A stretch of DNA of 63,266 nt, counting the filler, from Globobulimina sp. (lineage: Eukaryota), in the NCBI GenBank assembly GCA_003354225.1. It is 15 parts of 15 records of this genome, joined end to end, with 100 filler letters (N's around TTAATTAATTAA, not from the genome) between each part and the next. Parts side by side here need not be neighbours in the genome. Positions count along the whole stretch, not along the records: positions 50,713 to 54,830 come from PIVH01001584.1; positions 54,931 to 59,048 come from PIVH01001585.1; positions 59,149 to 63,266 come from PIVH01001586.1; 12 more parts are not named here. One strand, given 5' to 3'. Within the stretch, counting starts at the first letter, position 1; the number at the start of each line of letters is the position of its first letter. The translations under genes and the position numbers were made by a program. Below, one piece after another: positions 50,713-60,372 of this stretch. The notes under the pieces are model-generated. The model was not told the origin of the DNA and did not search any database. It saw only the letters and a program-made list of their open reading frames with translations.

Positions 50713-51500
50713 TTGACAAATTGCAATAGTTCGTCTTCATCAATGTCATAATCAAACATCATTAATTTTACAGCATTTAAATTAATAATTTTTGCAAACT
50801 CTCGTTTATTTTTCGTCAATTTGTAAATATCTGCGATGGACTCTGTAATCTCTGACTCGTTTTCATTCCAATTATTTTTATGACGACGAATATTCTCAAC
50901 AATTGATGTAAATCGGCACAATTTAAATGGTTGGCCTCCATTGTAATTAAATATATGATTTGGCGGCAAATAGGAACACAGCACGCCTACAATATCTCTA
51001 TTTATTTGTTGATAGCCACCATTGTCCACAAACGAATATTCTCCATTTAAATATTGGATAATATCTGAGATGCGTCTGATTTTTTGTTTCAATGCAATAA
51101 AAATATAACAATCGCTATGACTCCATGCATTTGCGTCCGATTTATTTGATTTATTTGTTTTTTCCAATTTGAAACATTGGATTGCTATTTTTTGATTATT
51201 TTGTAAATGCCACAGTGCGTTGAAGCCAATCTCATATCTTATGTTAAATTTTCTGTCATATAAAATCTGAGACGATTCAAATCGAATCTTGTTTACAATT
51301 AATTTGTGTTTGTAACAGAAACAATGCCATAATGACTCTAAATTGTGGGCGTGATTCTTTTCAGAAAAGGAATCGATATCTTTTATACTGTCGAATATTT
51401 CGTCTATTTCCTCAATATCAGATTGTATCAATTGATAATTCTCTAAACCGGCACTGTAATTTTTTTCGGTGCCTTCCACTTTGCTAAAAATATGACCCAT
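50713..51500 (-). CDS. Hypothetical protein with an N-myristoylation-type start (partial)
   Basis: MGHIFSK (Gly2, Ser6); open to the contig end. Confidence 0.55.
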
Positions 51501-51609
51501 TTTGATTATTACAGGATACAATGCATATTGGAGACATTCAAAAAGTGGTTCAAACAAACTGAGAAAAAAAACTCTTCAAATAAAAAATATAAAAATACAA
51601 AAATACAAT

Positions 51610-54600
51610 TTAAATATCAACAAATTTTGCATTGTCTTGGTGGTCAACAGCAACTTTCGACACATTGCATTCCGATTTGGTTCTTATTTTCTGTGCAAAG
51701 CCGTGAACTAAATTCTTCATTTTTGTTTTCCACTGTTTTGGAGCATTTTGGATTTTGTTAGTAATATATTTTTGTGCTTCGCCGTTGGTCATATCCAATT
51801 TCAGTGAGTCCCGCAAAAACAATTCAATTTCGTTTGCTTGATACAAGAACGCAAAAACAACTCTGGCAAAATCAATCAATTCGTTAGCATTCACTCGCAA
51901 AATCATCCACGAATCGACGCATAGCCTCACAAAATCAGCCCAGCCATGTTTGTCTAAATCAAATATTTTCTTCAAATCAGATGTGATTGCAATGCGAGCC
52001 GTGTCCAAACTCACTTTATTGTTGAATATGTATCCATAGTCAATATGAAATAAGATACATTTTTCTACATTAATCAGTATATTCTCGTCGTGGCGGTCTC
52101 GGATACCACAGACAAAGGAAGCTATGAACGATCCGGCCGAGGAAGCAATTAATCGATGGAACTTGTTTCGGACTGACATATTATCCAAAAAATGTGCTGT
52201 GAATAATGTCGTTTTTAGGGATAATATTTTATTCAATTCGATGCAATCTGAGATCATTTCAATTATTCCAATCTCATTGGTCAACGGTATCACTTTGTAG
52301 ATTAAACAGGAAACATTGCACTGCGAATATGACATATCATTTTCGCGCCAAATATAATTCATAAATTCAAACATTTGCAGCACTGCCTGGTCTTTACGCA
52401 AATCGTCGCCTTTTTTCAATATGAATGAAGAGCTCAATATGTTGGTTTTTCCGTCGGTTAATTTGTTTTTCACATAACAGTCAATTAAATACGGCTCGCT
52501 GCCGAATTAAATACAGACCGAACCTGTGTAATATAAAAACATTTGTTCTGCGCTGCGCTGCGAACTGTATACAACAAATCAAAGCAAATACCTTCAACTG
52601 TTGGACGCAGTGATTCTCATTTATCGGATCAAAAAAGCGATGTTGCAATTCGGGCGGCACAATCACTGTAAACCCAACCTTTGCAAAATGGTCCAATGGC
52701 GAACGAAACAATTTGATGGGATCTTTCTCGCCGAAATACACAATATTGGCGGCATTCACATTCAATCTGTTGATGTCCACCACATTGTACGTCGGCAATA
52801 TGCTTTCGTTCCGGAAGCTCGTCGCTTGATTATAATTATATGGCGTGTTGTTGCCCAATGTCTTCCCGTACGGCGTCATTGAGCCGCAAGCAGCGCCATG
52901 CTCCAATTTGCATTCATCGACAGCTGCAGCACCATTGGTACTCACATTATATCTATAAAACTCTGCTGTTTTCTGCACTTTCCTCATAATCCGATGTTTG
53001 CCGAACAATCGCTTCACGTCTACACACTGCAAATATGAGCATAAGAAAAAGTAAAAATGCATTTCCAAGTACTTGTTTCTCTCAATTTTGCCCTCCAAAA
53101 TGCGCTTTAATTTGGTGCGGTAATTTGTCATTCCAAATGGCAGCAAAGTTATGCAAGAAACCACAATATTTAACATATTGATCAACTCGTTGATTTCGGC
53201 GAATTCTATCTGAATTTCCATCTGTCCCCTTCTGAAACCGTGCAATAAGTTTAATTTGTGACCGATGATTGGCTGCGAATCATTGCCGTTTATTTTTGAT
53301 AGTTTATCAATTTGTATTTCTTGTTCGCGGATTAATTGTTTAAGGTCATCGATATACGTTTTTTTCCTTTTTTTTTTCTAAAATATATTGACTTAATTTA
53401 CTTTTCTCATCAAGGCATAGTTGATACACAATATACGAATAACAATATCATTATTTCGATACGAACCATTTGAAATAAAACCCAATAATATTTTTATAAC
53501 ATTTGCTATTTTCTTCTCGGTATAATCCCATCGATCCACAGTGAATAACAACCAAATAAATATTGCCACAATACTGAAACAAACAATTTCTAGAATAAGA
53601 TCCGCGATAAAAGCACCCACACAAAACGCTGTAACAATGATTGCATTTCCTATGGTCAAAAATAAGAAAACCAGCAACAGTCTCTGCCACACAGTCGATG
53701 TCGAATTTTCTCTCCAAATCTCCGCCGCCAAGAAACACATTCCAACACAAACATAGCCAACGGCTGCAAATAGGATCGGTGGCAGGGTAGAAACGGATAT
53801 TTTCATAAACCACAACTGTCCAATGATGCTAAAATGGCCTATAAACTCTCCATTTATCGAGTCATTGGATAGAAATATCCAGGACACGACGAAAAAAATG
53901 GAGAAAAAATCAGTACACACACAAATCCAACAAAAAAAATATGATTTCTATTCAATGCCTTGGCTGATAACAAGTTATTTTGTCATAATCGAGGTCATGG
54001 ATAAAATAATGGATCCAACTGCAATGTAGTTTGTTTGTTTAAAATAAACCATGGCGGCAATGCCTCTAAAAATGCCTCCAGCATAAAACCGCCATGTTTA
54101 TTGATTTTGGAGATGGTAAATTTAGCCATTTCTGATAAGTGATCTTCTAAAGGAATATTGGTACGCTTTTTGATACCGACTGTGTCACGCAACCATATGG
54201 AAAATTTGCTGTCTTCATTTTCTGCAAAATACATCAAAAATGAGACCAAGTGGCCAAAGGGGAGTAATAAGCAAAACATAAATAGAGCAAATAGCACGGC
54301 CCCGGTCATCAACATTGCAATGCAGGCACATTGGATGCATTTGCTGTCCTGATTCAAATTAATATCAATCAAATTGCTAATCTTATCGCAGATGTTACAC
54401 CAACAACACTTTGATACAAGCAAATCGGCAAAATCTTCACAGTCAAAACTAAGAAAAAAGACAATTAAATATCCAATTTGAGAGATTATTAAAATAATGA
54501 GGGATATGGTAAAAAATGTCATTCGATTGGATAAATAATAGGATATTAACACCATTATATCGGTGGTGATGTCGGCAATAGAAATGAAAATAGTCAATGC

Positions 54601-54789
54601 ATCATAAAATAGGCTGAAATATTTTGAAATTAATTTATCTCGTTTTGTATGGTCTTTTTGTTGTGCTACTAATGATTTAGGAGCTGGCGATGATGAGGCT
54701 GAGGCTGTGGGAGCGGGTACAATTTGTAATGGCAATGTTTCTGAGGATTCTTTTTTAGGCTCTTCAGGAGTTTTTGGTGTTGTCAACAT
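51610..54789 (-). pseudogene. XK-related multi-TM domain fused to a PI3-kinase catalytic domain; disrupted
   Basis: XK-like ISIADITTDIMV..YY and MLEAFLEALP. Kinase motifs KKGDDLRKDQ, GIRDRHDENILI and HIDYGY. Lesions: frameshift near 54055, in-frame stops at 53975-77 and 53948-50, a break at about 53378-53401 and a frameshift near 52497. Intron 52524-52591. Confidence 0.7.
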
Positions 54790-54930
54790 GTTGATATAGT
54801 GTATATTTAGGAGTTGAAAAAAAGTAACTTNNNNNNNNNNNNNNNNNNNNNNNNNNNNNNNNNNNNNNNNNNNNTTAATTAATTAANNNNNNNNNNNNNN
54901 NNNNNNNNNNNNNNNNNNNNNNNNNNNNNN

Positions 54931-56022
54931 GGCCATTCCCCACCAAAAAATGGTCAGAAAACACCTCTCAAATCTCCAAAAATTGCTTCCTCCTCTGCTT
55001 TGACTAAAGACGATCAATTGATAAGTGATGAAAAGGACTCTGAGACATTATGTGATAACTGTTCTGGACCCACGGACAATGATTCCATTGGTTGCTTTAT
55101 TTGTGCCTCAAATTGGCAATGTACTGAATGTATAAAACGTCATTTGGGAATCTCAGCAAAAACTCAATTTAAATCCACTTGCAAACAATTGAAGAAGGAA
55201 GGACTTAATGGATCTTGGCAATTTATTTGTACTCAATGTCGACCAAAATTACGTCAATTTAGTGCTACATTATTAAAAGGTACAAAACAGTCGATTTTAT
55301 CTGTTACCCCTGATCCTGTTATTGTCTCAACACTGGACCAGAAATTGGAAACCCTTCAATCTACAGTCAATCAACTGGCCCAACAGATGGTAACTGTGCA
55401 ACAATCACTTAAACCTTCCCTCTCATTTGCTGAAGCTGTCAAAAACAAACATGGTCCTATTATTCCTAAATCGTCTTTCATTAATGATAACAAAATGCAA
55501 CCACCTGTGCCAGTCAAACAACAGGTTGTCACTATTGACCAAATGGAACGCGAACACTTTGAAAGACAAAACCGAGCTAAAAACATTGTCATATCTGGTC
55601 CTGAAATCGACAAAAACTCTGATGAACAGTTAGTTATGCAAATTTTTGAACAAATCAATGTAAATTATAATGCTCATGTTCATCATGTCCAAACAGAACA
55701 ATATAAATCTGGTCAAATTCGTCTTGTAGTCACTCTCGATTCCAATGAAAGCAGAGACATTATTATGAAAGAAAAACGTCATTTGAAAGATTGTGATGGA
55801 TTTTCGGATTATTACATTAATGTCCATTTGACCCCTCTCCAAGCCAAAGAACAATTTGAACTGCGTCAACAACTTAAAGAAAAGGTCTCTAACAGGCGGG
55901 AGGATGGGGCTAGACGATTCTTCATCGACTATAAAAGAATGCGAATCCGGAGTCACAAAATCACCATCGACAATGCAGGCTCTCCTACTCAATGCGCAAA
56001 GCCTGCGGAACAAGAAATATAA
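54931..56022 (+). CDS. LINE ORF1 (PHD-like finger, coiled coil, nucleic-acid chaperone)
   Basis: CDNC..IGCFIC..C..FICTQC, SFAEAV, RAKNIVISG and YINVHLT. The frame is open to the contig start. Confidence 0.85.
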   Translation, partial: GHSPPKNGQKTPLKSPKIASSSALTKDDQLISDEKDSETLCDNCSGPTDNDSIGCFICASNWQCTECIKRHLGISAKTQFKSTCKQLKKEGLNGSWQFICTQCRPKLRQFSATLLKGTKQSILSVTPDPVIVSTLDQKLETLQSTVNQLAQQMVTVQQSLKPSLSFAEAVKNKHGPIIPKSSFINDNKMQPPVPVKQQVVTIDQMEREHFERQNRAKNIVISGPEIDKNSDEQLVMQIFEQINVNYNAHVHHVQTEQYKSGQIRLVVTLDSNESRDIIMKEKRHLKDCDGFSDYYINVHLTPLQAKEQFELRQQLKEKVSNRREDGARRFFIDYKRMRIRSHKITIDNAGSPTQCAKPAEQEI

Positions 56023-58792
56023 ATTTGAAACTCAAGTGTTATCTACAACCAAACCTAATCTAGTCGCTGTTTGTGAAACTTGGTTTAATTCTGACGAAAG
56101 TTTAAACATTTTACCTAATATGTTCCATGACTACATTGCAGTTAGAAAAGACAGAACTAACATTGGAGGAGGAGTTTTGTTATTATTTGATCAATCATTA
56201 TTTCCTGTATCTGTTACATGTTCAATTGATGCTGAAGTTGTCTGTGCAGATCTACATTACTGTCAACCACCACTACGTGTTATATGTGCCTACCTTCCCA
56301 GCCGTCAACCTGAACTGGCCAACAACCTAAAAGATGCATTACGTGAGTTAATTATCCCAGAACGTCCTATACTATTGTTAGGTGATTTGAACCTGCCACA
56401 TATTGACTGGCCCTCTTTGACAGCAAGCAATGGTGATAGAATAGAAAATGATCTAGCTGACTTTTTTGCTCATTATGGCCTTATTCAAACTGTCAATCAA
56501 TCTACTCATGTACGAGGTAATATATTAGATGTTGTCTTATGTAATGAGCCATATATGGTATTGGAAGCCATTCCCGATCCTGCGGCAGCCATTTCTGACC
56601 ATTTTCCAGTCAGAATAGAATTAGCCCTTAAGCCAACACAACAAGTTGAAAAACCACCTCGGCCTCAATGGGACAAAGCCGATTATGATATTATTAGAGC
56701 ATATTATGCAACAATTGACTGGGATTTAGAACTTAATTCATGCCAAAATGTTGAAGAAATGTGGTCTAAATTCAATTCTCATTTCGAATACATATTGTCT
56801 GAAGGTTATGTCCCTTTCTCAGCTATGAAAAAGAAACGAGCTCCATGGATTAACACCAAAATAGAAAGGCTAATTAAAAAACGACAAAAACGTTGGCGAT
56901 CATACAACAAAGACATAAATAATTGCCATAAACTTGCTGCCTACCAAGAAGCTGACCGAGTTACAAAGAAAGAAATCGAACAAGCAAGGAAACACTATGA
57001 AGACAAAAAATTATCCAATCTGAAGCATGGTCCAAAGTCGTTTTTTGGCTTTGTCAATCGATCATTAAAATATCGTCAATCAATCCCACCCTTGAAGCAA
57101 AATAATGGAATAGCTGTGTCAGATTTTGACAAAACAGAAGCACTCAATAATGCATTTTCTAAGAATTTTAGTCATGACGATGGCAAGCATCCCCCTCTGC
57201 GAGCTTCTCCAGTCAACAGTTTCCTATCCGATGTCCATTTTAATGCCAATATGATATGTCAAGAACTACGTAGATTTAAACCTGATTCAGCCCCCGGACC
57301 TGATGGCATCCACCCTCGATTCTGCCGCGAAATTGCATCACTAATTTCTTATCCATTGTCTATTATATTTACAAAATCCATGAATGACTGTCAAATACCA
57401 AATGATTGGAAAATTGCCAATATTACACCTATATTCAAAGGAAAAGGAAGTACCTCCGACCCAAATGGTTATCGACCCATATCATTGACTAGTATTATTG
57501 CAAGAGTAATGGAATCGATTATACGTACTTCATTATTAGACCATTTACTATCAAACCATTTGATCTCCCGCCATCAACATGGATTCCTATCAAAAAGATC
57601 GACTCAGACACAATTACTTGAATGTCTTAATGATTGGACTAAGGCGCTGGATGAACGTAAGAAAATTGATGCAATTTATCTCGATTTAGCTAGAGCATTT
57701 GACAGTGTGTGCCATTCAAAACTGCAAATGAAACTCGAAGCCTATGGCATACAGAACAACCTCCTTATGTGGCTGAAGAATTTTCTCCAAGGTAGGAAAC
57801 AATGTACTGTATTAAATGGAGTATCATCATCATGGACTAATGTTATATCGGGTGTGCCCCAGGGGACAATTCTGGGCCCAATCCTATTCAACTTGTTCAT
57901 AAATGATGCAGTGAATCAAATCAGCCCTGGTGGTACATTAAAACTATATGCAGATGATTCCAAATTATACCGCATTGTCACTGGCCCTCCTGATGTTCAT
58001 AAACAACAACAGGACTTACTTGCACTTGAACAATGGACCACACTATGGCAATTACATTTCAATGCGGAAAAATGTTCTGTGCTTCAAATGTCTAATCATC
58101 AAGAACCCAATGACTACTACTTGTCTGGAATGGTACTAAAACCCAGCATTATGGAAAAAGACCTTGGAGTCTACATTCAAAATGATTTAAAATCACACGA
58201 ACACTGTAAACAAGCTGCAGCTAATGCCACAAAAATAGCCATGTCAATCAAAAGAACGTTCAGTCACCGACATGAAACTGGATTATTTAAACGTCTATAT
58301 TGTACATATGTGCGTCCCCACCTAGAATACTGCAGTACTGTATGGTCACCTCAAACAAAAATGGATGCGGACCTTATTGAAAAGGTTCAACGACGATTCA
58401 CAAAATATATTCCAGCTTTGATTGGTCTCACTTACCCTGAACGACTAAAAAGACTTCAAATTCCAACTCTAGAAGAACGCCGATTAATAGCCGATCTATG
58501 CCAGGTATACAAAATCTACAATGGACTTGACACTTTAATTTTCAATGAATTTTTTATTAAAAACGAAAATCATACAAGAGGCCATAATTTCAAATTATGC
58601 AAAGAAAGACCAAATTGCTGTACAAGGGCCAATTATTTCTCTGTCAGAATAGTCGACTCATGGAATGCTCTTCCTCCAGAAGTTGTTGGAGCAAGATCAC
58701 TTGCTGTTTTCAAACAGATGCTTGGGAAAATCAATTTATATGATTTGAATGGTGGAAACTGGCGTGTTGGATCTGCAACCTATTTGCTATAA
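55973..58792 (+). CDS. LINE ORF2: APE endonuclease plus reverse transcriptase
   Basis: NAQSL, VCETW, GDLN, ILD, SDH, PGPDGI, YRPISLTS, DLARAFD, GVPQG, YADD, EKDLGV and YVRPHLEYC. Confidence 0.96.
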   Translation: MQALLLNAQSLRNKKYKFETQVLSTTKPNLVAVCETWFNSDESLNILPNMFHDYIAVRKDRTNIGGGVLLLFDQSLFPVSVTCSIDAEVVCADLHYCQPPLRVICAYLPSRQPELANNLKDALRELIIPERPILLLGDLNLPHIDWPSLTASNGDRIENDLADFFAHYGLIQTVNQSTHVRGNILDVVLCNEPYMVLEAIPDPAAAISDHFPVRIELALKPTQQVEKPPRPQWDKADYDIIRAYYATIDWDLELNSCQNVEEMWSKFNSHFEYILSEGYVPFSAMKKKRAPWINTKIERLIKKRQKRWRSYNKDINNCHKLAAYQEADRVTKKEIEQARKHYEDKKLSNLKHGPKSFFGFVNRSLKYRQSIPPLKQNNGIAVSDFDKTEALNNAFSKNFSHDDGKHPPLRASPVNSFLSDVHFNANMICQELRRFKPDSAPGPDGIHPRFCREIASLISYPLSIIFTKSMNDCQIPNDWKIANITPIFKGKGSTSDPNGYRPISLTSIIARVMESIIRTSLLDHLLSNHLISRHQHGFLSKRSTQTQLLECLNDWTKALDERKKIDAIYLDLARAFDSVCHSKLQMKLEAYGIQNNLLMWLKNFLQGRKQCTVLNGVSSSWTNVISGVPQGTILGPILFNLFINDAVNQISPGGTLKLYADDSKLYRIVTGPPDVHKQQQDLLALEQWTTLWQLHFNAEKCSVLQMSNHQEPNDYYLSGMVLKPSIMEKDLGVYIQNDLKSHEHCKQAAANATKIAMSIKRTFSHRHETGLFKRLYCTYVRPHLEYCSTVWSPQTKMDADLIEKVQRRFTKYIPALIGLTYPERLKRLQIPTLEERRLIADLCQVYKIYNGLDTLIFNEFFIKNENHTRGHNFKLCKERPNCCTRANYFSVRIVDSWNALPPEVVGARSLAVFKQMLGKINLYDLNGGNWRVGSATYLL

Positions 58793-59148
58793 TTTATATC
58801 ACAACTCTCTCCTCCAAATTATTACTTGACAAGGATCACAGGGTTGCGCTGGTCGTTTCCCAGAAGAAGCAGTTTTAGGCCAAATATAATTTACGATTTT
58901 ATGATTAAATATTGATGATCTGTTGAAATGTTTTTGTGTGGTTTTATGCTTCTCCTAAAATTAAAATAAATATATATACAAACAGAGCTTACAGTCACAA
59001 AAGAATCGTACGAGGGAGGTAAACTGTGCAACAAGACAGCAACTTGATNNNNNNNNNNNNNNNNNNNNNNNNNNNNNNNNNNNNNNNNNNNNTTAATTAA
59101 TTAANNNNNNNNNNNNNNNNNNNNNNNNNNNNNNNNNNNNNNNNNNNN

Positions 59149-59930
59149 TCTTATTTGTCGGTGTCTTGGGGTTGCGAGGGGCTGAGTGTTATGAGAATTG
59201 TGACAAACATTATGAAGGGTATGGTGTTTATGTCAGTGATTTGGACTTTTATTGGACTGAGGATGAGGAACACGTGACGCATTCGCGCAATATCCACACT
59301 TTGACATATATCAATAATGCGTATTCACAGTCCTTTGAGAATTTGCACCATGTTCGCATCCGTCTACGTCACTCGAAGTCGGCCAGCATTGGTCATGATG
59401 TCTTTTTGCGTATTGGGCGCACGCAACGCCGCATTGAGCCAGTATGGATTTACTATCATGTTTTTAATTTACAGCGTCGGCATTTGCGTCCCCTGTATCA
59501 ATATCGGTTGGTCAAACGTTTTCTGTTTCAGGCGCCTGGGCGTGATTGTCGTTTGACAGCGGTGAAGCGTCAGTGGTCTGGCCTTATTCTGGAGTTAGGC
59601 TTTATTGATGGGCATCGATATCGCTTTCATGGATTGCGCAAAGGCTTTGCCACCACCTTGCAACAGCATGGTATCGTAACCAGTCTTATTGCGTATGCGG
59701 GTCGGTGGAAGTTGATGGCTGCGATTTATCGGTATCTTATCCACACTCAGAATGATTTACTTCCGTTGACTTTCACATATTTATATGGTTTATCGCACAA
59801 TCGAGATGTTGTGGATTTTGATACATCGGAGGTTGATTTGATGCAAAATTTGTCTCAGACCAAGCAGACATTGTCATCTTCCTTTTTCAAGGAGTATCAG
59901 GCCAGTCTCACCACCACCGATCCCTCTTAG
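59149..59930 (+). CDS. Tyrosine recombinase, DIRS-type (5' partial)
   Basis: Catalytic residues in order: GLRGAE (R), HSK (K), FHGLRKG (HxxR), AGRW (W) and IYRY (Y). Confidence 0.9.
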
Positions 59931-60372
59931 TGTATGTTGTGTATGTTTTGTTTGTTTCTAGGATTTACGATTTGGACTATTATTTGACTGTTATTTTTAC
60001 GTTATGGATGTTGTTTAGGTATATTGTGTGATACCAACTATTGTGTCTCAAGTAGTATTTAATAAATTAAAGTATTTGTGAATCAAAAAAGGATTCACCG
60101 TTTTTGTCCATATCGAAAATCAAAGTAAAACATAACGTTTTTTATAAACGAGTGTTTCACAGATTGAAGATATTTGTTATTGTCTATTTGTTATTGTTTT
60201 TGTGAATGTGAAAAATCTTTCTAGTCTAGTTTTTGTGACATTTTACTTCTATTCAAACTTTTGCATCGTCGCGAGAACAAAGCAGTACGAGCAGATACCA
60301 CATATCCCGTCTCTTCCGTAATTTCGTCGTTTTGGCTTTAGGCAAACTGACGACAAACTAGCAACGGTATCG

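Larger units (their letters stand above)
54931..58970 (+). mobile_element. LINE retrotransposon, CR1-like, with both ORFs open (5' end cut)
   Basis: PHD-finger ORF1, APE-RT ORF2 and a short 3' UTR ending in an AT-rich tail; the 3' boundary is approximate. Confidence 0.92.

Noticed and set aside
53940-53980. Alternative genetic code (TAA/TAG reassigned), suggested by in-frame stops
   Set aside because: The same gene also has frameshifts, and conserved genes here (CCT5, PIPK, LINE ORFs) have no internal stops and end in TGA or TAA.
59149-59930. Prophage or integron integrase
   Set aside because: The GRW..Y signature and the adjacent Zn-knuckle gag homologous to an RT-linked gag indicate a eukaryotic DIRS-type element.
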